A stretch of 64,000 nt of DNA from Eledone cirrhosa (lineage: Eukaryota). A program made the translations under genes and the position numbers. Numbering within the stretch: the stretch's first letter is position 1; every line of letters starts with the position of its first letter. This document shows, piece after piece, positions 13,488 through 28,337 of the stretch. Location: NCBI GenBank assembly GCA_964016885.1, contig OZ024745.1, forward strand, positions 39,370,001 to 39,434,000. Direction: 5' to 3'. The notes beneath the pieces were generated by a model that did no database searches, was not told where the DNA came from, and worked only from the letters and a program-made list of their open reading frames with translations.

Positions 13488-16400
13488 CTACTCAGGCCTT
13501 TACAACTGTCGGACAGGTACCGATTGGATTTCCCGAATGTGCCAATGTGGACATGGACAAACCGCATCGGGTCATCCAGATCACATTTAGATAGAGTTGT
13601 TTGTAGGGAAGTAGATAGGTCTAGCATAGGCCGTCCACAATTCAGCTACACAGACCACAAATTAGTGATCTGTGTCGTTGACTTAGATACGCTTCATAGA
13701 CAGGGACCCGGCTACTGGAAACTAAACACGTCGTTAACAGCGGGCAGAGCTTACAGAGACCGGATTAGTGAATTAGTTAAGCAGGCGTTGACAGGGGCCA
13801 TTGTCAACAAAAAATGGTGGTTTGCCCTGAAAAGAGCGATTAGAATAGAATCCATTAGGTTTAGAAAAATAGACCAGAAGGAAATCTAGTTAAGAAATTA
13901 ACGAGGCTCTTGGTAAAGACATCGCGACCGACGTGCTTGCGGCGAAATTGGCTCTCGACCAATTTTTCAACGCTAAGCACGAAGGCTGCATTGTCAGAGC
14001 TAGGGTGCGTGCTCTCAGACACGAGGAACAAAAACGGATCAATGGGCCCGGGTGGCGGAGGCGCGTCGTGGCAACAAATCCACAATCCGGTCTTTAGCGA
14101 ACCACGACGGGCACATGATACTCGATCCTGGGCAGATGTGCTCGGCTTTTCAGCAGCAATTTGTTCAGCTGTTCGGGGGCAATGACGAGCCGCATCGCAG
14201 AATGGACTTCAGTGCCTACCTCGACGGACTGCCGCGGCTCTCGGCAACTGAGGCGGAATGTTGCGAAAGGACGATAACAGCTGCTGAAGTACGGGAGGCA
14301 AGACAAGCTACACAATGGGTAAATCGCCTGGTTAGGATGGTCTACCCTACGAATTTTGTATATATATGCCAGACTTGTTCGAAGACCTCTTGGCAGACGT
14401 CTACTGCAATTGGCAACAGAACGGCGGAATTCCCAGCTCCGTGAGCCGAGGAGCTGTGGCGCTGCGGAGAAAGGATCCGAGCAATAGGGATAACATAGAA
14501 AATGTCAGGCCCATAACTCTGCTAAACACAGATTTCAAGATTTTCGCTAAGGTTCTAGCAAAGAGGTTGGCGCTTGTCGTTGGTAGTCTGGTGGGAGGGG
14601 CGCAAACATGCGCCATTCCAGACAGATCCATCAACGACAACCTCCACCTCATGCGATACATCGTAGAGAGGGTAGCTAGGGAACTTGGCACGGGTGGGTC
14701 TTTGATCAATTTAGATCACTCAAAAACTTTTGATAGGGTCGACCATCGTTATCTGGCAGCAGTCCTAAGAGCAGCTGGCTTTGGGCCTGTCTTTAAAGGC
14801 TGGATTGCTGCCATACAACATATGCTCTGTGGTGAGAGTGAACGGTCACCATTCGGTTTCGTTAAACATCATGCGCTCGATCCGCCAGGAATATCCTCTC
14901 TCATCCTTGTTGTACGTATTGACTCTTGAGAAATTACTGCACAAACTGGAGACATTGAGGGGGATCCCATGTGAGCTAGGATGCGGAAGATCCGTGTCAG
15001 CATATGCAGACGACATCACCGTAGTGGGGTCGAACACCAAACACATCGAGGCAATCGAAACCACACTAAGAGAATACCAGGTAGTGACAGGAGCAATGGT
15101 CAACCAGGAAAAAAAAGTAGGCCTGCAACTCGGCACCTGGAGAGGCAGGTCCATGCCGCCCAACACCGTCGTCGGGCGCTGGACTGACGGACCGGTTAAA
15201 TTGCTAGGGGTCTGGTTCGGTCCGGACCACTATACAGACAAAAACTGGGAGGAGGTCATGAGCAAGGTATTTTCTCTCACCCAGAAATGGGCCGAGAGTA
15301 AGATATTCCTGAAAGGTCGAGCGGAGGTGGCGAATGTGTACATCGCGTCCGTTATCTACTACCGCCTGACCGACGTGCCTTGTCCTAAGGCTCGCCTGAA
15401 TGCACTGGAGAGTTTGAATACATTCTTTAGCTTTTTGTGGAAGGGACGTTCTCCGATTGTCAGGCGGTCCATCTGCTGTTAACACCCGCTACGCGGAGGA
15501 CTGGGCATGTCGTGGCTGATGATGCGCAGACATGTGTTCAGGCTACGGCATCTCCACCTCTTCCTCGACGGTGATCAGGTGTGGTCGCCCTTTGCTAGCG
15601 ACATGTTTCCCCAGCTTATCTCCTTGGCGGAGCTGCAGTCTTGAGTCAAGTAAAGACCGAGAGGAAGCGCTTGGAGACTGGAATGTCTTCAGGCGCTTCC
15701 AGCCCTCGACCAGTCGAGCAATACAATCGGTGGAAACCCCAGCTTGGATTTCTATACAGGATTAATGGAAGGAAAGAGCAACGACGTCCTTGGGGAGACT
15801 CTAGGCGTCGATGAAAACCAACTAGCCAATCTCTTCGGGAGAACTTTGGCGCCGGGGCCCATGGACAACTTCCAGTAATACCTGACATGGCAGTGCTACC
15901 GAGCAGCCTTGCCAGTTCGGAATAAACTCTACAGGCATAGATGTGCCGTCAGCCGAACCTGTCCGAGATGCGCACAGGGCGATGAAACCGTCCTGCGAGC
16001 ATTGCTGATTTGTGGGTTTATGCCGAACAGCTGCTGTCACGTGTAGAACAGATCCGGCTTTCAGCTGAGTCCATCATGAAGATTACCGCGCCGCCCTCCT
16101 TTAGCCGAGAAGGCAGGCAGCGTTTATCTTCCTGGTCGCCATGGTAAAAGAGTTTGTATGGTGGACACGTCTGAAAGGGTTCAGGACCGGTACTTTACTC
16201 TACGGTGACGCCCTCATCAACTTTTTCAGGTTTCACCTAAAGAGGAAAATCAGGGTGGAGAGTGAAGTGCTGACATCCATCCTGTTTGTTGAAAGGTGGG
16301 TGAGAGAGGCAAGAATGGCCCGTGTTAATGGGTCTACCCGGAGCGTGTGCCTGAAGCATTGTAATATAAAAACTGGAAGGGGGCATATGCCCTAACGGTC

Positions 16401-16500
16401 GAGGTCTCCCACTTATTGGGAATTGTTCATTGTTTCCTTTTGTCACACTCTGTTTTTGTTTTTTTTATACTTGTGTCAACCCTTGTGGATAATAAAGAAA
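13488..16500 (+). mobile_element. 5'-truncated L1/Tx1-clade LINE; ORF2 pseudogene (APE endonuclease end, RT, zinc finger)
   Basis: EN motifs WTW..SHLDR, TDHK and GPGYWKLNTSL (13524-13889); RT motifs RPITLLNTDFKIFAK, LDHSKTFDRVDH, RQEYPLS and AYADD (14366-15482); CPRC..ETVL near 15958; 3' AATAAA followed by (ATT)n. Frameshifted. Confidence 0.92.
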
Positions 16501-16523
16501 GCATTATCATTATTATTATTATA

Positions 16524-16710
16524 GGCGCGGAGATTTGGCAGTATCGGTAGCGGGTCGGACGCCATGCTTTGACGCATAGTGTTACGGCTTTACCATTCTG
16601 AGTTCAAATCCTGCTGAGGTTAACTTTGCCTTTCATCCTTACGGGGTCGATAAAATAAAGTACCAGTAATGTACTGGTTAATTGCTGGCCTTGTGCCAAA
16701 AGTAGAAACA
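16524..16710 (+). mobile_element. tRNA-derived SINE followed by (ATT)n(AGT)n
   Basis: Same family; simple-repeat tail 16711-16860. Confidence 0.88.
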
Positions 16711-16728
16711 ATTATCAGTATTATTAGT

Positions 16729-16759
<31 letters not shown>

Positions 16760-16784
16760 CTATTATTATTATTATTATTATTAT

Positions 16785-16843
<59 letters not shown>

Positions 16844-18053
16844 TAATTTGCAGTAGTAGTAGCGGCAGCAGCGGCACTGCGTGTTGCAGTGGCTGTTGCA
16901 ATCTCAATATCGGAAACTGTTTTTCTTATGATTTTGTTGTTATTGCTATTATTTTATGATTTGTAATTCCTTGCTAGAAATATTCATATATTTTTCTTGT
17001 CTATCTGAAGTTGTGGCGTTCTTTTTATTTGTAGAATTATTTGTAGAATTATTTGTCTCACTCGCTTTTTTCTCCTCTCTTATTTGTGAGGAAAACATTG
17101 TTATTGTGACAATGTTTTTAATGTGTAAATTTATAATGAGCATAACAATAATTGAATCTCCTCCCTCCGTTCACACTTATATGCTTTGCTACGTTCACAT
17201 GGACCAAGCAACTACTACAGACATACACACGGGTTCAACAATAATACCTTCCATAGAACGACTGACGCTGTCTGTGCATATGTACCTTTTCTTCTCAAAT
17301 ATTATGTGCTTTTGTTTATGTATTAATGTCAGGAAACACAAATTAAAAAAACAATAACAAAGACATAACCGTTACTATCGTGGCTAGGGGAAAGGAAATT
17401 AGGCAAATTTAAAATCAAAGAAAAAATATAGCTAGTCTTAATCCACAACTCACAACAAACTAGGATTTAACACGCAATTCTTAACATAAAGACAATCACA
17501 CGTAACTTTTGATATAAAAAGGTACTCGTATAATAGACATGTAAAACTAGACACACAATATTGGACATATACACACACACATAAACACCAATAAAAACAT
17601 AACTCAATCCTGAATATCTAAGTTAACCAATCTATTGCAACTAGGCACAATATTTGCTAAAATAAATGTCGATATAGTAGCATAAACAAAAACACACAAT
17701 ATTTGACAGGAACATTTGACAGGATCAACGTAAGTCCACTGTCACATTCTATAGCTGTAAAGATACCATATTCGGTCTAAATAGACGAAATATGGGGAGT
17801 TGGTGAAAACAACAATAGAATGAACTAGGAGTTTCTTATTAAAGTCCTCTGACAACTGAGTTTAGATCCAAAATATATTAACAGGTAAATAAAATAGAAG
17901 CTTATGCACCAACATCTTTGTGATTCACAATTTATTCCACATTAGCGTAGCCTTAAAATAACATACTACATTATACACTAACATATTGCTCCCAGCAATC
18001 GACAAATACCTCTTATACTTATACACACACACACACACAGGCATACCCCCCCC

Positions 18054-18119
<66 letters not shown>

Positions 18120-18328
18120 ATGGTATTAGTAAATGCGAACTATATTTAAAACCATATTTATTCTATTATATAAACATTTCAAGGGAACCAAAACTTTGGT
18201 AGGCTCTCATCGTATAAAATGATAAAATTTGCTTTATAAATAGTGACATACCCAGAAATCAGACCTTAACGGTTGGATTACCAACAAATTAAATATCTCT
18301 ATGCTTTTATATATATATGTATATATAT

Positions 18329-18534
18329 AGGAAACAGTATGACCCCGACGGCAGATATCGAGCGTTTTCGACGGCTATTTCTGGACTCGAAATTTCCGTC
18401 CAGAAATAGCCTTCGAAACGGCTTGAGCTCTGCCGTCGGTGTCATACTTTTTCGTATTACCCACTCTACGACCCTAAGTATTGAGTATATTGGTGCGATA
18501 TGGTCCATCTGGTTCATTACCACAATTCCTTCGT

Positions 18535-18577
<43 letters not shown>

Positions 18578-18763
18578 CGAAGGAAATGTGGTAACGAACC
18601 AGGTGGACCATAACGCACCAAAGTACTGAATACTTATGGTAGTAGAGTGGGTAATAGGAACGAGAAGGCCCCGACGGCTAAGCTCAAGCCGTTTCGACGG
18701 CTAATTCTGGACTAAATGAAATTTGTTATCCTGGTATTTGAATAGCCGAGCTTCTCAGGGGGT
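18329..18763. mobile_element. Two tail-to-tail copies of the 'cttcgtta' family around a (TA)n tract
   Basis: 18329-18536 (+) is a fold-back plus tail; 18576-18763 (-) is a tail plus hammerhead. Both end CTTCGTTA at the TA tract. Confidence 0.8.
18669..18763 (-). ncRNA. Type I hammerhead motif with a degenerate core and extended stem II
   Basis: Minus strand reads ACCCC-CTGAGAA-GCTCGGCTA...TAGCCGTC-GAA-ACGGCT-TGAGCTT-AGCCGT-C-GGGG: 6-bp stem III, GUC site, CGGCTA/TAGCCG stem II. CTGAGAA deviates from CUGANGA. Confidence 0.65.
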
Positions 18764-18775
18764 AATTCCATATAT

Positions 18776-21676
18776 GGTAAAAGTGATTGTCACAAGGATT
18801 GGTCAAAAGTTTGTTGTTGAGACATAATAATTCTATTATGGCAATTTGTGGAGGGAAAGGGTAGCTGAACCTGCCAGTAGAAGAAAGGGGGAGAGGGGCT
18901 GGAAGAAACCCTGTCGTGCGTTGATAGTGCCAACTACGGCTGGGCAGGAGGTCAAAGAAGATACTGGGGGGGGGGTCGAAACAATAAGTAAAACAATATG
19001 GGGTAAATATATAGAAAAATACCGGGAGTGTTAAAAAACAATTAAGTGTAAAGAAAAAACAATTTCTGGTTACTATAATCTAAGGACAGCTATCAAGTCT
19101 CTCACTGGTGCTGCTAGACTAAAGACGGTTTTACTATGTGGGACGGAATTAAAATAGGCCCTTTTAAGAGGCACAAGTAAACAACCGAATATATCTTACG
19201 GTGGCGGGTCAACAAGCGGGGGGCCAAAATACTAAAGAAACTACCACGCAATAATAAATCAGAGTCCCGAGGCAAGTACGAAATGAAGGTTTCTACCCCA
19301 GGCACAAGGCCAGCAACCACCCAGTGCCAAAAAAAATAAAACTAATACGAAATAATAATTCAGAATCCCGAAAAAGTATACTAATACTATCTCTAAGGGT
19401 GCCGCCACGCTACAAAAATCTGGGCTCCTTACCCTTAAAGGGTACAACCCCAGTAGTACAGATCGGGTCCGTAAACAATTAATCAGCTTCTTCCGCGACT
19501 GGGGATTTAAAATAACCCTACAAACGTACATGACCCGAGTTAACTTCCTGGATGTTACCCTTGACCTCGATAATGATCTTTACTACCCATACAGGAAACC
19601 TAACGACAACCTGCACTACATCCACCGCCGGTCAAACCATCCTAGGAACATCACCAATAACCTGGTTAAAAACATCTCCCTCCGCATATCTCGTTTGTCA
19701 GCTAATGAGCAGATATTCGAGGAACATGCGCCTTGCTACAACCAGGCCCTCAAGCGGAGTGGTTTCCGGGAGGAAATATCCTACTGTCCAGCATCCATTA
19801 GCGGAACCAGCAGGCGACACCGCCGCTCACGCAACGTAACATAGTTCACCCCCCCCCCCCCCCCCCACAACGCCGAGGTGACAACTCCTATCGGGAAAAT
19901 CTTCTTTAGGCTCATTGAAAAACACTTCCCGCTACAACACCGCTACCACAATATAATTAACAAAAATACCATCAAACTCTCCTACAGCAACACACCAAAC
20001 TTTGCACAAGACATCGTCTCCTCCAACAAAAAACTCAACCCCCATGGAAGAAATAACCTTAATAGCAGTGGAGAGCTGAGCAGGAGGTGCAACTGTCCTG
20101 ATGGATCCATTTGCCCCCTCGGCAACAGATGCAGAGATCGTAATGTGATCTACCAATGCAACGTGAGGACGGACACCTCCAACAAAGCCTATATAGGATT
20201 AACCACATGTGACTTCAAGACCCGACTATACTAACACAGACATACCTTCCGAACCCGGCCCGGTGTCACGCCACTACACTTTCGGGCCACGTATGGGACC
20301 TCAAGGATAACAATATTACCTATGATCTCACTTGGAGCTTACTGTCCAGAGCCAACTCTTACACGGGAGGACGGCGTCCGTGCAAATTATGCTCGGAGGA
20401 AACTCTACAAATGCTGTTCTCGACGGATCAACTCCTAAACAAGAAAGATGAACTGGTAACTGCATGTAAACACCGATTGCGTAGGACTTACCTCGCCCTC
20501 AAACCCCATAATGACCCGGGGGTGGGGGGGGGGGGGGTAGACTAGGGCTATAACACCCCACTTGCCGATTTTGTATCGGGTAACCCCTGCTTGCAAAGGT
20601 AGACCTTATATCTTCTATATCTTTTAATCACTTCCTCTATATTTCCTTCTACCCCCATCCCTCCCTGGTCCTTCCACCCCAGTCCTCATTCTTTGTCGTC
20701 CTCCTTTTCACTTTCTCGCCCACCCGAGGCAGCCCCTCGGTCCCTTGTAGCCTCAGTACTACCACCCCCTTCCCCTAATCTATGATATATTTGGCCGACT
20801 CCGCTTTTTATAGCAGATGTGTTAGACCCTGGATACTAGCCTTCTTATCCGATGGCCGCACCTTTTGCGTGCTTTCTATATTTCTTAGTGGTATATTTGC
20901 TTTAGTTTCTCGTATATCAGTATTTATTTTTTTTGTGGGGGGGGGGGATTCTGAATTAATTTGCCGTATCAAATTTTACATATACTTCGTACGAGCATTT
21001 ATGTAGTTTGCACTAGAATTTTGTAGCGTGGCGGCACCCTTAGAGATAGTATTAGTATACTTTTTCGGGATTCTGAATTATTATGTCGTATTAGTTTTTT
21101 GTTTTTTTTTTTGCACTGGGTGGTTGCTGGCCTTGTGCCTGGGATATAAACCATCACTTCGTACTGGTATCGGGACTCTGATTTATTATTTCGTGGTAGT
21201 TTCTTTAGTATATTGGCCCCCCCCCACTTGTTGACCCGTCACCGTAAGATATATTCGGTTGTTTACTTATACCTATTAAAAGGGCCTATTATAATTCCGT
21301 CCCACCTAGTAAACCCTTCTTTAGTCTAGCAGTACCAGTGAGAGACTTGATAGCTGTCCTTAGGTTATAGTAACCAGAAATTGTTTTTTCTTTACACTTA
21401 ATTGTTTTTTAACAATGCCGGTATTTTTCTATATATTTACCCCATATTGTTTTACTTATTGTTTCGACTTCCCACTCTCCCACCCCTATTATCTTATTTG
21501 ACCTCCTGCCCAGCCGTAGTTGGCACTATGAACGCACGACTGGGTTTCTTCCACCCCCTCTCCCTTTTTCTTCTACTGGCAGGTTCAGCTACCCTTCCTT
21601 CCACAAATTGCCATGATAAAATTATTATGTCTCAACAACAAACTGTTGACCAATCCTTGTGACAATCACTTTTACC
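18776..21676 (+). mobile_element. 5'-truncated Penelope-like element with an inverted pLTR
   Basis: RT C-terminal VNFLDVTLDL..PYRKPND..YIH..SNHP (19530-19844); GIY-YIG region CNC..CPL..NVIYQC..YIGLT..FKTR (19878-20234). Arms 18776-19419 and 21018-21676 are inverted repeats. Confidence 0.92.
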
Positions 21677-22601
21677 GAACACCTTCGGCACAACTTAATA
21701 GACTACTCTATAGTTAAAACACTTTATGCTTTAGAAATGTTTTAGAAGTTGCGCATAACCATAGAAGTTAGGGTCTATTTTGAGACACATTTCAATAGTT
21801 AGTAATAGAAACCTCGGAGTTACCTCCCCTCATGCATTAACTCCCCTTAGCCACACACACACTTCCGGGTAGTATTTCAATGTCGATTCTCGAAACGTAA
21901 CATCCTCCTGTATTGAACTAAAGAACATCAGACTACGATTCTCTAACTGGATTGTCAAACGCTCAATATCGAATTGTCGTGGATTATGTGAGGGGCATAT
22001 AATCTGAAAAATACACTCCCCCGACTATGAAAATGTCGAAGTACATGAAGTCCATAACATCCCTTCGCTGTGCATTTCTAATATTTTTAATATTTTTAAT
22101 ATTTTTAATGCTTGCACTATTTTTAATGCTTATATCTTTTCTCCACACACAGACTATAACAATCATATGAAGAATTTGCCACCAGATCAACCAACCTAAC
22201 ACTCTTGTTTACCTACCTAAGTGCTTCTACTACACGTAACTCTCTGCCACACTATATAAACAAGACGCACGTGCTTGCCACACATATAACATTTGCACTA
22301 TATAACCGTTTATTTTCATGTTGTATTTTAACCTGTATTTTTGATTGTATCTTTTAATATGAATGTAATCTCTAAGTAGGTACTGCCACTCTAAATGCTG
22401 TAATACATGTTGACCAACAATATTTGCATATGTATCTGTATGTCTCTTGGGTGAAAAGGAGGTCATATAAGTGTTCATTCATTAATAAATTGCTCGGTTT
22501 GGAGGAAACAGTTGTAAGCATAAACATGTTTTGAACGATTCTTTGATTCTTATATTTCATATAAATATTTATATATATATATATAACATATATATATAAA
22601 A

Positions 22602-23586
<985 letters not shown>

Positions 23587-23597
23587 TTAATATAGAA

Positions 23598-23650
23598 GAG
23601 ATTCTACAGGACTAGAACTGTTTCATTCATTAGAAATCATCAGGAATCTC
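23598..23650 (-). ncRNA. Compact type I hammerhead ribozyme
   Basis: Minus strand reads GAGATTC-CTGATGA-TTTC-TAAT-GAAT-GAA-ACAG-TTCTAGTC-CTGT-A-GAATCTC: perfect 7-bp stem I, 4-bp stem III, GUA site and a U-U at 10.1-11.1. Confidence 0.8.
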
Positions 23651-23712
23651 CTTGACATGTATGTATTTATTTATATATATATGTATAAATTGACATGTAT
23701 GTATTTATTTAT

Positions 23713-23822
<110 letters not shown>

Positions 23823-24081
23823 ATAAATAAATACATACATGTTAATTTTTTTTAATCAATGTAAATTGGCATGTGAACCATGAAGATAAAAAAGGTTAGC
23901 TTGCATTTTAATGAAGTATATACGATATAACAATGTTGTTTGTACATTTGATTTACTTTAATATTCTGACTTCTGTTCTCTTGGCCGCCAAGCAAAGTTT
24001 CCTAGCTTCGTCTATACGTCCTTGAAATAATAACTCTGTACAACATTCACCTCAAAATCACTTTTAAGTTATAGATGTGTG

Positions 24082-24137
<56 letters not shown>

Positions 24138-24171
24138 CATATATATATATATATGTATGTATGTATAATGT

Positions 24172-24209
<38 letters not shown>

Positions 24210-24239
24210 AATGTATTCATATATATATATATATGTATA

Positions 24240-24365
<126 letters not shown>

Positions 24366-24507
24366 AAGAGTTAAACACAATTCAATGAGTATATAAAAGA
24401 ATAAGTTTTACGGTATATTGGAAACACTCTACGTAAAAATAATTTTCCGGAGTTATTAATATTAGAATATGAATATTAATAAAATAGATGTTCTTTTGAT
24501 CAATTGC

Positions 24508-24560
24508 ATTTTATTATACATATTTCGGATGTACAACTGTACGTCCTCATCAGACAAAAT
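24508..24560 (-). ncRNA. Type I hammerhead motif
   Basis: Minus strand reads ATTTTGT-CTGATGA-GGACGTAC-AGTT-GTACATCC-GAA-ATA-TG-TAT-A-ATAAAAT. Confidence 0.75.
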
Positions 24561-25269
24561 ATAATGATACATGACATACTCTGAGATGTTAAATTGTTAA
24601 GATGTAATCAAGGTAGTGATTAACCTAAGAGGAAATTTAACATGTATACCCTAATAATGTGAAAATGCGAAAACGTAATAAATTCAATAGAGAATTTGTG
24701 AGTAAGAAAAACGTTGCTTAATGTAGCAGTTATCTAGATTTTAATATGTATGATACTACAATTCATCTAGGAAGCATTTCATGAATTATAACAGTCAGTG
24801 AGAGAGAGAGGGAAAGATGAGGGGGTAATGTATGCAGAAGGAGATTTTCCGAAAGTTAAACGGTTGAGTTTGAAAATATTTAATTTATGTTATCTTAGGT
24901 GGTCTGTAATATTGCACTATCTTATAACTATCTATTGAAGAAATAACGCTCGAATGAAAGACACATGTACAATAACATGGCAGAATATTGATACACATAA
25001 CATTATTCTGTTGATTTTGATCCATACCATTATTTCTTTATTTCTCTATCCTTACCTCCTACTTAAGTTTTAAATCTGAGTTTTATATCCAACCCTTACA
25101 TCTTTACCGAACTTATATTTAACTGTGAATTTTTCATGCATCTCTGATCGCTTATTTATAATATGTATTTAATTATATTTTCTATGTTTTTAAATATACC
25201 TACCGCATTCTTATATCCATGATTCAAATATAGTGCAAATATCCAAATTACAAATTATTATAAACAAGA

Positions 25270-25453
25270 GGGCGGTAAATTGGCAATATCGGTAGAGTGT
25301 CGGACGCCATGCTTTCCAGCATAGTTACGTCCCTTTACGATCTGAGTTCAAATCCCGCCTAGGTTGACTTTGACTTTCATCCTTACGTGGTTGATAAAAT
25401 AAAGTACCAGTAATGCACTGGGTAATTGCAGACCTTGTGCCTAAAGTAGAAAC
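25270..25453 (+). mobile_element. tRNA-derived SINE with target-site duplication
   Basis: Same family; ATTATAAACA at 25257-25266 and 25455-25464. Confidence 0.9.
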
Positions 25454-26432
25454 AATTATAAACATTATTTGGAACTATGAATTATCCATGCATTTATTAT
25501 TGTTTTACTTATATATATATACGTATATATGTGTGTGTGTGTGTGTGTGTATCTAACTTTAACACGTAGAACATTATTATTATATAAAATGATAACCGTT
25601 ATAATTTACCTAAAGTATACTGCATCATTAATACTTAATATAAGATATAACCATATATAACTCCCTGTATTTTTATATACATAATTGTCAGTTAACTTCA
25701 ACATTTTTTAATTCTTTTTACGTTGAACTAGGAATAATTAATTCATTTACACATGATTATAAGTGGGTATATATTTTATTTTAACATGCCTCAATCTATT
25801 ATTTTCTTTTTCTTTTTAGTTTATTTCCATTATCATTTACCTAAAATATACTGGCTCGTTAATTAATATATATATACATAACCGTTATTTAAATGTTTCT
25901 AACAATAAGTACTTCAAAAGCTTTACATACCTAATACGTTGACGATGGTTAACTTCATTAAAGATTACATTTAGGAGAATATTCAACAGTGTAAACTCTC
26001 CTTAATAATGGCAGCTAAATCCTTTAATTCTTATCATCAAAAAAATTCAGAAGCTTAGAAGTGTTTTTAAAATATTGATTCTTCACCCATAAATTAAATA
26101 AGATAAATTAAATATTTTCAAACTAAACCGTTTAACTTTCGGAAAATCTCTTTTGCATAGATTACCCTCTCATTTTTCCCTCTCTCTCTCTCACTGACTG
26201 TTATAATTCATGAAATGCTTTCCTAGATGAATTATAGTATCATACATATTAAAATCTAGATAACTGGTACATTAAGCAACGTTTTTCTTACTCACATATT
26301 CTCTATTGAATTTATTACGTTTTCGCATTTTCTCATTATTAGGGTATAAATGTAAAATTTTCTCTTAGGTTAATCACTACCTTGATTAAATCTTAACCAC
26401 TTAACATCTCAGGGTATGTCATGTATCATTAT

Positions 26433-26485
26433 ATTTTGTCTGATGAGGATATACTGTTGTACATCCGAAATATGTATAATAAAAT
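26433..26485 (+). ncRNA. Type I hammerhead motif
   Basis: ATTTTGT-CTGATGA-GGAT-ATACTGTTGTAC-ATCC-GAA-ATA-TG-TAT-A-ATAAAAT: 7-bp stem I (one G-U), G10.1-C11.1, AUA site. Confidence 0.78.
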
Positions 26486-26528
26486 GGAATTGATCAAAAG
26501 AACATCTATTTTATTAAGATTTATGTTC

Positions 26529-26537
<9 letters not shown>

Positions 26538-26589
<52 letters not shown>

Positions 26590-26596
26590 AGATATA

Positions 26597-26663
<67 letters not shown>

Positions 26664-26673
26664 GATATATATG

Positions 26674-26728
<55 letters not shown>

Positions 26729-26732
26729 GATA

Positions 26733-26776
<44 letters not shown>

Positions 26777-26821
26777 ATATACATATATATATACACACAT
26801 ACATATACATGTACACACATA

Positions 26822-26901
<80 letters not shown>

Positions 26902-26934
26902 TATATATATACACACATACATATACATGTACAC

Positions 26935-26973
<39 letters not shown>

Positions 26974-26979
26974 CATGTA

Positions 26980-27045
<66 letters not shown>

Positions 27046-27056
27046 ATATATATATA
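26538..27056. repeat. (TA)n/(CA)n microsatellite
   Basis: Directly visible. Confidence 0.93.
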
Positions 27057-27593
27057 AGTAAGTAAGTTAATTATTATGATTTTCTTATTTTACGTCTTTC
27101 ATATAAGTGTTCTACATTTTTGCATTGACCACTAAGTTACTAAGACAAAACCTATATATTGCTAGCATAAGTATACTTCTGTATAAATATGTTGGTAGAT
27201 ATACTAATTCTTCATAAGTATCTCCAAATTATTTGTTGAGCAAAAATTTGCCTGAATTACTAGTATAATTACATAGTAATATTATGGCTACTGTCTTTTT
27301 AACACCTCATTCCTCACTGATTAACCTCGATGTCACGTGATTGATACTTTTGAATTTGACACTGACCGTGAAGGGAGTGAAATGTTCAGTGTCTAGAAAT
27401 GTAGTCCGCGCTTGCTTCTTTTCCATTCACTGAATTGTTTTTGTTTGAGATCCCTGTGTCCGTCTATCGCCAGGGATCTTAGCCGAGAATTGACTCCCTG
27501 ATGGAGAAAGGAATTCTCCATGGTTTTGAAGACTATGTATATCGCCTTTCGATACTGCCAATCCGCCGCCTTATTAATAAAAATAATAATAAT

Positions 27594-28300
27594 CTCAGAA
27601 CGAAGTGGGTGAAACACTATATTGACAAGAGGGAGGCTAGCTCACTGTGTAAGATCTGTGGAGAGAGAGAGGAGACTGTGGCTCACATTGTATCCGAGTG
27701 TAAACACCTAGCCCAGACTCACTATAAAGGCTGGAGACATGATGTGATGGGTAGGGTGATCCACTGGCACCTATCCAAAGTAAATAATTTACCAAATTCT
27801 GAGAAGTGGTATGAGCATAAGACAGAGTCGGTGATAGAAAACGATCAGGTTAAGGTGCTGTGGGATTTTAGGATACAGACGGACAAGAAACTGGAACACA
27901 ATAGACCTGACCTGGTGGTTTTGGACAAGGAAAAAAGAACGTGCCTGATTGTGGATGTGACCTGACCATTCGACACGAGAGAGCAAGAGAAGGAGAGGGA
28001 GAAAATTAACCGATACCAGGACATCAAGTGGGAGGTAAAAATGATTTGGAACTGCCATGAAGTCAAACTGGTCCCGATTGTCATAGGCGCATTAGGTACT
28101 ATCTCAAAGAGTTTCCAAGGGTGGTTAAAGAAGATTAGTCCAGCCCCGTTTATTGGAACACTTCAAAAGTCATGCTTGCTGGGAACAGCAAGAACCCTCC
28201 GATATGTCCTGAATATCTGAGGCTGCAGGTTCCAGCTTGATATTCATTTCAACAAACTTTCCAATAAAATAACATCAATGACTGAGACTCAAAGAACAAC
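27594..28300 (+). mobile_element. 3' end of an R4/Dong-like RLE non-LTR retrotransposon (subfamily B)
   Basis: CKICGEREETVAHIVSEC (CCHC knuckle), RHD and RPDLVVLDK..IVDV (PD..D restriction-like endonuclease); flanked by (AAT)n. Confidence 0.88.
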
Positions 28301-28336
<36 letters not shown>

Positions 28337-28337
28337 T

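Larger units (their letters stand above)
24458..26537. mobile_element. Decayed PLE-like element with ~435-bp inverted arms
   Basis: 24458-24893 is the diverged reverse complement of 26098-26537. Each arm has a hammerhead; the AT-rich spacer holds a SINE; flanked by (TA)n. Confidence 0.8.

Noticed and set aside
27495-27530. CTGATG-GAGAA..TTCTC hairpin as an HHR
   Set aside because: Lacks A9 and the GAAA box.
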